Positions 38,602 to 49,448 of a stretch of 64,000 nt of DNA are shown here, piece by piece. The stretch comes from Octopus vulgaris. Lineage: Eukaryota. Position numbers and translations under genes: made by a program. The notes below the pieces were generated by a model that saw only the letters and a program-made list of their open reading frames with translations, ran no database searches and had not been told where the DNA came from. The stretch's first letter is position 1; the number at the start of each line of letters is the position of its first letter. The DNA is taken from positions 47,616,001 to 47,680,000 of the forward strand of contig OX597833.1 in the NCBI GenBank assembly GCA_951406725.2, given 5' to 3'.

Positions 38602-39413
38602 AGGTAATGGGACACTGGATGGGACACTGTCATAGCAAATGGTTTTACTGGTCTAAAGTATCTGGAAGTGTTTTTGTATTTGGTGAGTATGTGTACGTGG
38701 TGATGGATCTAATGGAACGGAGGAAGTAAGTATTGGAACAGTTTTACCACGTGTGTAGCGTGGAGTTAAATGCAAAATAGATAACAAGCGGAAGTTTTCT
38801 CTACGAGAGTATCGGTTAGTGAGGCGTCATTTTTGAAAAGCTAGGAGTAATAAAAACATCGCAAAATTGGTTGCGTTCCTTTCGACAAGGAACCAGAAGG
38901 ATCGCTTGCAATTTGGGAGATGAGAGTGTTTGAGGGCTGTGTAAGGAATGAAGGTATTATCTGCGTTTCATCCTTTCGAGGTCGATTAAATAAGTACCTG
39001 TTACGCACTGGGGTCGATATAATCGACTTAATCCGTTGTCTGTCTTTGTTTGTCCTCTCTGTATTTAGCCCCTTGTGGGTAGTAAAGAAATAGATATCAT
39101 CTGTGTTTCGAATATTGGAATTACAGTGGTGGGTCAAAGCTGTCCAGTTTATAAAGATGGAAGTGTTTTTTGTTTTTTCTGTCTCTTTCAAACGTTGTCG
39201 AACGTGTTCTTAGCTTAATCTAATTTACTTCAGTCACGAGTGTTTTTCACTTGCAGGGAACGGGAAGAAGGATGACTTGTTTTGGTCGTGCGTGGGATGT
39301 TGAGAAACATACCAAAGAAGATGACTTCAGTCACCTGCTTAGCTATCAGCTATCTCAGATGATTCAGGAGTGGACTGCAAATAACGATGCCTGTAGGAGT
39401 GTCCGCGCACGCT

Positions 39414-39475
<62 letters not shown>

Positions 39476-39484
39476 GGTGTGTGT

Positions 39485-39526
<42 letters not shown>

Positions 39527-39724
39527 TTGTGTGTGTGTGTATGTGTTTGTGTGTGTGTAAATATAAGTGAAGGCACATGGCCTAGGGGTTAGAGTGTTCG
39601 ACTCAATGTCATAATGTCGTGGGTTCGATGACCTGAACTGAGGCGTTGAAGAGCAAAGCACTTCATGACACTACACTGCTCCACTTTCATCAGCTGAAAG
39701 CGAGTTTTAACCCTTGTACTGATA

Positions 39725-39790
<66 letters not shown>

Positions 39791-40110
39791 TCTAGATGTC
39801 GCATCGTTCATGTGACAGCTGGGTCAGAGGGTGAGAGAGTCGAACGGGGTATCTATATCTTTTTGCGACTTCACAGGCACCTAAAACTAGCGAAAGCATG
39901 GTATACGCTACTAAGAAGTACTTGTTTGCAGGTGACGACAAGGTTCTAACATGCGCACGCGCATACACACACACACACAAACACATGTACATGTGTTAGT
40001 GTGTGTGTGTGTAAACATATATGTATGTGTATGAATGTATGTATGCATACATGTATGTATGTATGTATGTATTTATGTATGTATGTATGTATGTATGTAA
40101 GTATGTATGT

Positions 40111-40307
40111 TTACTCTTTTACTTGTTTCAGTCATTTGACTGCGGCCATGCTGGAGCACCGCCTTTAATCGAACAACTCGACCCCGGGACTTATTCTTTG
40201 TAAGCCCAGTACTTATTCTATCGGTCTCTTTTGCCGAACCGCTAAGTGACGAGGACATAAACACGCCATCATCGGTTGTCAAGCGATGTTGGATGGGACA
40301 AACATAT

Positions 40308-40382
<75 letters not shown>

Positions 40383-40540
40383 TACGACGGGCTTCTTTCA
40401 GTTTCCGTCTACCAAATCCACTCACAAGGCTTTGGTCGGCCCGAGGCTATAGTAGAAGACACTTGCCCAAGGTGCCACGCAGTGGGACTGAACCCGGAAC
40501 CATGTAGTTGGTAAACAAGCTACTTACCACACAGCCACTC
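40111..40540 (-). mobile_element. SINE family A
   Basis: Reverse-complement copy embedded in a (TATG)n tract. Confidence 0.92.
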
Positions 40541-40629
40541 ATTTATGTATGTATGTATGTATGTATGTATGTATGTATGTATGTATGTATGTATGTATGT
40601 ATGTATGTATGTATTTAGGATCGAGATAG

Positions 40630-41200
40630 CTACAGCTTCCTCTGTCATCCGTAGTGGAGGAATTTAAAGTAGCAAAATGTAATGTTGTAATGATGTACAG
40701 AGACTCAAAGGACAAGCTTGTCAGCCATGCAGTTATTATTACAAGGTCTGGGCGAAAGAGGGTTGCTAGCGCTGCAGTGGCTCAGGCCAAAGGGATGCTG
40801 GAGCTATGCGACATCACTGGAGTTACATGAAGGGGTCGCCGGGGTCTTGGTTCTTCCAATTTCCAACAATGGAAGAAAGCAGACACCAGAGAGAGGCTGG
40901 CTATGGCCCAGGAAGTAGTGCGGTACCAGGAGGAAGAAAGAAGAAAATAAAGAGCTGTAGAGTTGGTACCTCGGGGTGCGTGGACTAAATGGGACCTCCC
41001 TAAGAGGAAGGTCGCGTTGACTGACCTGTTGAGGCTGGAACCTTTTCGCATCTCCTTCCTGCTGCGGTCGGCCTACGACACACTCCCGACGCCAACAAAC
41101 CTGCACAGACGGGGTTTGAGGGAAACCCAGCTGTGTAGACTTTGTGGGGAAAGAGGCACTCTGGCACACATCTTGGCAGGGTGCAGAATAACATCTTCTC
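40630..41200 (+). pseudogene. Fragment of a Hero/NeSL-type (RLE) LINE ORF
   Basis: Single frame with two stops: LQLPLSSVVEEFKVAK...GRRGLG...GAWTKWDLPKRK...LEPFRISFLLRSAYDTLPTPTNL...CRLCGERGTLAHILAGC (CCHC finger). Duplicate at ~55065-55635. Confidence 0.85.
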
Positions 41201-41214
41201 AAGCATACATACAA

Positions 41215-41250
<36 letters not shown>

Positions 41251-41502
41251 ACATAAGTACACACACATACACATACACATACCTACATACATACATGAAT
41301 ACATACATATATACATACATAATACACATACCTACTTATCTACCTACCTACATACCTACTTGCATACCTACATACATACATACATACATACATACATACA
41401 TACACACATATATACATACATACATATGTATATATATATATACATACGTATGAGTATACACACACACATACACCACATACACACACACACACATACATAC
41501 AC

Positions 41503-41577
<75 letters not shown>

Positions 41578-41655
41578 TCAACAGTCGTGTGTTTCGCATG
41601 TTGGCACGAAACTCTCGGCCCTTCACTTTGTAACTTCTGTCGATTATTAATAATA

Positions 41656-42282
41656 CGAGGGGTATTCATTAAAGATTTCCCTTGGTCCACTTCCCAAGGA
41701 CTGGGATAAACGAAGCTTGGCATAATTATTAGTCCTTCTCTCCATAGCCATCACCAATAATGACACACTTACCCCATCGTTTGATGCAGCTCTGAAGACC
41801 TCGTCTGTAGAAGTCGGTAGGTTGCGTCGGGAGCCAAGACTTTACCTCGGAAATAGGTTCATCATCACTTAAAAAGTGCTTCTCCTTCAAAAAAGACTTC
41901 TTGGTTGGAAAGGGGTGGAAATCATTTGGTGCGAGGTCGGGAGAGTAAGGAGGAAGAGGAAGGATTTCATAGCTGCAGGAGTGTGCTTTCATCTGGGCAA
42001 CATGCGCATTGTGAACTGGAGTGCTGTCTTTGGTCAGCATTTCACGCCTCTCTGCTTTGATGGCATCGCGCAATTTCTGCAGCAGAGAAGCAGAATATAC
42101 CCTGTTAATTGTAGTGCCCTTTGCCGGAAAATCTATCATCACTACTCCTCTCTAGTCCCAAAAGACTCTAAACATCATCTTGCCTGCTGAGGGTTGGGTA
42201 AGAGTCTTCTTTGGAGGTGGTGAGTTATCATGCTTCCATTGCTTCGACTGGACTTTAGTCTCAGGGTCATAGTGATGGACCC

Positions 42283-42342
<60 letters not shown>

Positions 42343-42524
42343 TCTTATACTTGTTTCAGTCATTTGACTGCGGCCATGCTAGAGCACCGCCTTTAGTCGA
42401 GCAACTCGACCCCGGGACGTATTCTTTGTAAGCCCAGTACTTATTCTATCGGTCTCTTTTGCCGAACCACTAAGTGATGGGGACATAAACACACCAGCAT
42501 CGACTGTCAAGCGATGTTGGGGGA

Positions 42525-42614
<90 letters not shown>

Positions 42615-43410
42615 CATATATACGACGGGCTTCTTTCAGTTTCCGTCTACCAAATCCACTCACAAGGCTTTGGTCGGCCCGAGGCTATGGTAGAAGACAT
42701 TTTCCCAAGGTGCCACGCAGTGGAGACTGAACCCGGAACCATGTGGTTGGTAAACAAGCTACTTACCACACAGCCACTCCTACGCCTATGTTTCATCCTG
42801 TATGATAAGTCTGCTGAAAAAGTCCTCGTTTTCTTGGCACATTGCCAAAAGAGCCTGGGAGCAATTGACTCGTTCCTGCTTCTGAAAATGTGTGAGCATC
42901 CGGGCAATCTATCGTGCCGACAACTTCTGCATATGTAAATGGTCGTGAATGATATTATTCCACGGACCCTACGCTTATCTTCGCTTCTTGGGCTAGTTGC
43001 CGGACAATTATACGTCTTCCACTTTATGGATGGTATCATCATCAATAGTGGAATTTGGTCGTCCAGGAATAGGAACAGTTCTACTGATATCCAACTACAT
43101 TTGAACTAGTGATGCCAGTGCTTGACTATGCCGTATGATGGTGCCTGATCACCATAAACTTCTTTCATCTCATCGATAGTCTCTTTTGGTGTACAACCTT
43201 TCAAACATAAGAACCTGATCACCGATCTGCATTCAACTGCCTCCATTATAATATCTTAGACCACTTCAGCAGCCGTAAAAGACAAACGAATATAAGTGGA
43301 AAGCTGCAATTTACAATGTAACATGTAGAGGCATCTATAATTATACCTGTACAAGTTCAGCTTCCTGCAATAACCGTGAGTCAGAGAAAATCTTTAACGA
43401 ACGCCCCTCG
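41656..43410 (-). mobile_element. Full-span degenerate mariner transposon (irritans-like TIR), SINE-interrupted
   Basis: TA|CGAGGGGTATTCATTAAAGATTT ... AAATCTTTAACGAACGCCCCTCG|TA; motifs QDETWVHHYDPETK, PPYSPDLAPNDFH, KRWGKC..GDGYGEKD. Confidence 0.93.
42286..42786 (-). mobile_element. SINE family A inside the mariner
   Basis: Full copy with (CT)n tail, splitting the DET|W codons. Confidence 0.92.
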
Positions 43411-43459
43411 TATATACACTCATGTTTTGAACTCTTTCTTATTTGCATCACCAAACACA

Positions 43460-43564
<105 letters not shown>

Positions 43565-43590
43565 AAGGGTGAAAAGGAACACACGAGTTG

Positions 43591-43710
43591 ATATATATGA
43601 AAAAACAAGTCAAAATAGAAAATGCTAAAATAATTTTATAAAGAACATTTCAGTGTTCTTTATAAAATTATTTTAGCATTTTCTATTTTGACTTGTTTTT
43701 TCATATATAT
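43591..43710. repeat. Perfect hairpin, 57-bp arms, 6-nt spacer
   Basis: 43591-43647 is the reverse complement of 43654-43710; duplicate at ~58023-58142. Confidence 0.93.
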
Positions 43711-43949
43711 ATATATATATATATACATATATACACTCACATATATTGCAGATTTCAAGCCACGACATAGCAACGACTTGATCGTGTGTGCAACCGAGCG
43801 TGCAACTCCAACCAGAAGTCAGACATAACGTGAATGATGATTCTGGAAGGCTCTGGAACATTTCGCCTACAGATTCGATTTTGAGTGCCAATTCACAGAG
43901 TGTTGTAGGCGTCGGGTCTCCACTCTTGCCAAGATTGCATGCTTAAACC

Positions 43950-44178
43950 GACGAGCTGGCAGAGACGTTAGCACGCCGGGAGAAATGCTTAGCGGCATTT
44001 CGTCTGCCGCTACGTTCTGAGTTCAAATTCCGCTGAGGTCGACTTTGCCTTTCATCCTTTCGGGGTCGATAATTTAAGTACCAGTTACGCACTGGAGTCG
44101 ATGTAATCGACTTAATCCCTTTGTACGTCCTTGTTTGTCCCCTCTACGTTTAGCCCCTTGTGGGCTATAAAGAAATAT
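43950..44178 (+). mobile_element. SINE family B monomer
   Basis: 17-bp TSD GATTGCATGCTTAAACC at 43933-43949 and 44179-44195. Confidence 0.95.
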
Positions 44179-44714
44179 GATTGCATGCTTAAACCATTAT
44201 GCAATTTATGATGGTAGACATGAAGAGGCGCATGTGTGTGTATGTGTGTGTAATTTAATTTTGATATCTAGCTGCTTTGCATGTTACATTATATTTCTTT
44301 CATCTTGTTGGCTCTACCTGTAGAGTCAATGTCCGACCAAATTCGTATGACATGTGCGGCGATAATAAAACAGGTTTAACCCTATGTTTAGGGTTGTGAA
44401 ACCATCGCACGTAGTTTCCACAAACACCGACCAACAACTCATACCAAGCAACATTCGTACAACACACCCAAGTTATAGTTCAGAAATGGTTAACGAAACT
44501 CAGTTACTACTCTTCTGCCTCTCCGAAAACTAACCAAAACTGGACCTAACCAAAGCAAATACAACCCATACTAAAACCGAAATGATAACATCTCAATCCT
44601 AGACCGACGTGAAATCTACTCGACAATTCTCCTTCTGGCTAACTTCGGTATAGATACCGGAAGTACTTGATACATTTCAAGAAAGTGTTTTATATATATA
44701 TATGGGGGGGGGGG

Positions 44715-44763
44715 GTTAGGGTTTGTGTTAGGGTTAGGGTTAGGGTTAAGGTTAGGGTTAGGG
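44715..44763 (+). repeat. Interstitial (TTAGGG)n-like tract
   Basis: GTTAGGGTTAGGGTTAGGGTTAAGGTTAGGGTTAGGG. Confidence 0.9.
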
Positions 44764-44777
44764 GTGGGAGAAAAAGG

Positions 44778-45068
44778 GGATCTTTTCCTTTTGAACGGCA
44801 CATGTCAACACAATTTCTAGTTAACTAAACACTTTAAAACTTCGTTTACTGGTAGAATGTGTCAAAATAAAACACTTTTTTTCTCTTGGTTTTCTTGAGA
44901 AAATTGTAATTTGTAAGTTTAACGTAGTTTAATTTTTCGAATTTTAACCAATGAATCGCCTCTATTTAGCTAAAATCATTTGCTGCGTCTAAAACTGAGA
45001 CAACATCCTGTCATTAACCCTAACCCTAGAAATTGTGTTGACATGTGCCGTTCAAAAGGAAAAGATCC
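44778..45068. mobile_element. 291-bp MITE with perfect 43-bp TIRs and 8-bp TSD
   Basis: GGATCTTTTCCTTTTGAACGGCACATGTCAACACAATTTCTAG (44778-44820) inverted at 45026-45068; TSD GAAAAAGG. Duplicate at 59212-59502. Confidence 0.93.
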
Positions 45069-45532
45069 GAAAAAGGGTTTCTGTTATCTTCAGAAATGTA
45101 AACAAAGCCACTTCCGGCACTTACGGTATCTATACCGAAGGATCGCCCTCCTTCTTCATCTCAAATATTCATAGGCACAAATTCAAACTAGACCTCGCTC
45201 ATTACTTCCGACTGACACCTATCCTACACATGTTCGTATCTGAGGTACGCATGCACTGCGCTTAATCGCAAAATTATTGGTGCATTAACAGTGTATTATT
45301 ATGGTGTTACTATGCGCTATACAATACATGTCTACAACCTCAGTTTCCACTGTGTGTAGACAGACGTAAACAACATCTGTCTACAAAACAGTGTCGACTA
45401 AAAATCTATACCTTTATTCCGTAGTATATCTTGCATTTATGTCACCGTGTGAAGTAAGTGCACGCCCGTAAAAGTTCGAATGCGTGAAGGTGTGTATGTA
45501 CACACACACAAACACACACACAGGTATATATT

Positions 45533-45753
45533 TTTCTTTACTACCCAACAACATAGAGAGGACAAACAAGGACAGACATAGGTATTAAGTCGATTACATC
45601 GACCCCAGTGCGTAACTGGTACTTAATTTATCGACCCCGAAAGGATGAAAGGTAAAGTCGACCTCGGCGGAATTTGAACTCCGAGCATAACGACAGGCGA
45701 AATACGGCTATGCATTTCGCCCGGCGTGCTAACGTTTCTGCCAGCTCGCCGCT
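45533..45753 (-). mobile_element. SINE family B
   Basis: Reverse-complement monomer. Confidence 0.9.
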
Positions 45754-45754
45754 T

Positions 45755-45843
<89 letters not shown>

Positions 45844-45925
45844 GTAGATATATACATAGATACATATGCATGTATAGCATTTACTCGCATAAATACATGC
45901 ATACACACACATATGTAAATGGTCC

Positions 45926-45977
<52 letters not shown>

Positions 45978-46221
45978 CGAAGTATATTTGCACTTAAATG
46001 TGGCTAACTCTTATGGGTCAGTCACATTTAAGTGACAAATATACTTCACATTGTCGTGCAGCTACTGTTTATACCTCGCTCAGAGATTTATTATTGCTTA
46101 TATATACACATATATATATAAGAAATAGTGGCACAACAAGGCACCAGTGTTTGCTGGAAATAGCAGTCGATAACAGTACGATGCTATGTAAAGCTTCACT
46201 GAATGTATACAGGCAAAGTAT

Positions 46222-46412
46222 TCTTTTATTTGTTTCAGTCATTTGACTGCGGCCATGCTGGAGCGCCGCCTTTAGTCGAAAAATCGACCCCAGGACTTAT
46301 TCTTTGTAAGCCTAGTACTTATTCTATTGGTCTCTTTGGCCGAAACGTTAAGTTACGGGGACGTAAACACACTAACATCGGTTGTCAAACGATGGTGGGG
46401 GAACACAGACAC

Positions 46413-46478
<66 letters not shown>

Positions 46479-46579
46479 GAAAATGGAGAAACAGATTCAT
46501 TTCGATCAGTATATTGGATAACTGATATCCCATAGTGGGTTACTTTCATAACCCCTATCTTACTTTGTGTGTGTATATA

Positions 46580-46668
<89 letters not shown>

Positions 46669-46826
46669 CGACGGGCTTCTTTTTTAGTTTCTGTCAACCA
46701 AATCCACTCACAAGGCTTTGGTCGGCCCGAGGCTATAGTAGAGACACTTTCCCAAGGTGCCAGGCAGTGGGACTTCTGGTTGGGAAGCAAACCTCTTACC
46801 ACAGAGCCACGCCTGCGCCCTGCGCC
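46222..46826 (-). mobile_element. SINE family A with a secondary insert (~46472-46568)
   Basis: The insert matches the one at 19086-19252. Confidence 0.85.
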
Positions 46827-46839
46827 TAATTTACATATA

Positions 46840-46909
<70 letters not shown>

Positions 46910-46994
46910 TACACACACCATACGCTCACACACATGTGTTTATATATTTATTTTGCAAGATTCCTATGAAATGGTGTGTTGAAACAGATATTGT

Positions 46995-47365
46995 ATAATA
47001 TTTGGTGATGGTCTCTTTTTCCTTTTGTTATTTAACCACGCGCAGTATATACCCGTTATATACTTCAGGTTTATTATTGTTCTTATTTTAGCGTCCTTTG
47101 TCCGAGATATTTCGTCACACGTCCTGTGACCTCTTCCATGACGCTCCATCCCAAGTGTGACCTCCTGAGAGAACAAGTGGAGACGTTTAGGATGGAGAGC
47201 CGTTGAAGTGGTTACAGGAGGTGTGACGAAAGACTTCAGACAAAGGACACTAAAATGATGATGATGATGATAATGATGATGATAATAATAAAGCTGAAGT
47301 GAATAACGAGTATATACTGCGTGTGGTTAATTGGCAATAAAGACCATCCCCTAGCATAATATATA
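46995..47365. repeat. Imperfect ~370-bp inverted repeat
   Basis: GATGGTCT..TTAACCACGCGCAGTATATACCCGTTAT..TTTTAGCGTCCTTTGTC..TTTCGTCACAC is mirrored by GTGTGACGAAAG..GACAAAGGACACTAAAA..ATAACGAGTATATACTGCGTGTGGTTAA..AGACCATC. Confidence 0.8.
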
Positions 47366-47465
47366 NNNNNNNNNNNNNNNNNNNNNNNNNNNNNNNNNNN
47401 NNNNNNNNNNNNNNNNNNNNNNNNNNNNNNNNNNNNNNNNNNNNNNNNNNNNNNNNNNNNNNNNN
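47366..47465. other. Assembly gap (100 N)
   Basis: Directly visible. Confidence 1.
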
Positions 47466-47820
47466 TTCGTTAAATATGCGGGTCTATGTATGTATGCCTG
47501 CATCTGTCTATATACTATAGGCACAAGGGGGAAGGAGCAAGTCGATTACATCGACCTCAGTGCGTAACTGGTACTTAATTTGTCGACCTCGGCTGAATTT
47601 GAACTCAGAGCGTAGCGGCAGACGAAGTACTGCTAAGCATTTCGCATATATATATATAGGGGGAGAATTCATTAAAAAAAAAAAGACGAAAACAGGTGGT
47701 GTAGACAATAAGCAGATGTATTAGTTTAACGCTCGGGTAGTGAAAAAGTCTTTAACGTTTCGAGCCTACGCTCTTCCACAGAAAGGTACACAGAAAGAGA
47801 AAATAAAAAAGGTTTAGTGG

Positions 47821-47897
<77 letters not shown>

Positions 47898-48630
47898 TGT
47901 ATGTATGTATGTCAAGTGCGTATATTCCGGGTGTGCGAGATCTGCATTGCACACCCATCGAAAAAGGCAAAAGTATTATAAATACTAACCTAACTTATTA
48001 ATTTAATTATAAATTTTAATGGAAAACTTTGGTTATATCTCTGCTTGAAATTTGGTGGCATTGGGTGTGGCACCACCCAATAATATAGATAGATAAAACA
48101 CCCAATAAAACAACTAATATATATATATATATCGGTTATAAAATGAGATAGGGGTTGAAAATTCAACCCACCATGGGATAACATATATCCAATATACTGC
48201 TAGAGAGGTACCCAACAATACTAATACATAAATGTTAAAAATTGCCATGCAATTAATTCATCTACTGTATTATGTGGGCAAAGGTAAAAATATTACCGTA
48301 AATTAATACTACAAAATTAGAAAATGGAGAAACATACTTAAATCAATCAAATATCAACCATCAGATGATACCCAATCAAATCAATACTTTATTAAACCAT
48401 TGTATAGGTTCCCCACCTGGACCGGACGCCGGTCCGTCGTAGGTGAGCTGCCAGATGCAGGAGGAAAGAGTGAGAGAAAGTTGTGGCGAAAGAGTCAGCA
48501 GCCGCGTAGAGCTTAGGTATTTCGCTCATGAACACACACATCGCCCGGTCTGAGATTCGAACCCGCAATCCCTCGACTGCGAGTCCGCTGCTTTAGCCAC
48601 TAGGCCATGTGCCTCCACACACACACACAG

Positions 48631-48664
<34 letters not shown>

Positions 48665-49248
48665 GTTGTGTGTGTGTGTGTGTGCGTGTATGTATGTATG
48701 TATGTATGCATGTATGTATGTCAAGGGCGTATATTCCGGGTGTGCGAGGTGTGCACTGCACACCCATCGAAAAACGCTAAATCATAATAAATATTAACCT
48801 TACTTATTAATTTAATTATAAGTTTTAATAGAAAACTTTCGTTATACCCCTGCTTGAGATATATATATATTAGAAGAAATGAGGTACTCAGAAGATCGGA
48901 TGGTTTATATTTAAAGATATTTATTTGTATATTACATTTTTTATATATATATCATATCACTTAGATCATTAGCGCTTTCTCCCATTCTAGTGGGGTTTTC
49001 AAATCATATATATGGCGAGGCTAAATGTGAGTTTATTGAACGGACGTTAGTAAATTCTTGTTGACAATTTATTTATATATACCTTTGTTAGGCGCTTTAA
49101 CTTAAATACGCGCCAACAGCGAATGTATTGATGCGTAAGTAAAAATCAGTGCCTGCTACTCTTCACGTTTTTTTTATATACGAGAAAAGTAGTTGTAAGA
49201 CTGTGTGTGACTAGTGACTACTATAAACAAACCAAATATACCCTCACC

Positions 49249-49290
49249 CCACCTGACGAGCCGGTAAGTACCAAGCGAAACTAGTCGTGG
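49249..49290 (+). ncRNA. Minimal type-I hammerhead ribozyme (duplicate of 34863)
   Basis: Identical sequence. Confidence 0.78.
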
Positions 49291-49341
49291 TGTTCTTCGA
49301 CTAATTCTGCTGGGAGAACCTTGCAGTGTCACCTCGGGGTC

Positions 49342-49448
<107 letters not shown>

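Larger units (their letters stand above)
36130..39250 (-). pseudogene. Old, fragmented CR1/Jockey-group LINE reverse-transcriptase region
   Basis: After removing inserts, minus-strand pieces occur in the expected order: RSFWFLV (~38900), FAFNSTL (~38770), KHFQIL*TSK..DSVP (~38650), FKQHVPELPAIFAKLF (~38350), NPLN*RTIVLISTIS..VETI (38230/38000), SDHQYGF (~37295), FRVRKY...HVW (~36400), MLDDIQK (~36255). Confidence 0.75.

Noticed and set aside
44715-44763. Chromosome end or fusion site
   Set aside because: Short, degenerate and enclosed within transposon-like inverted repeats.
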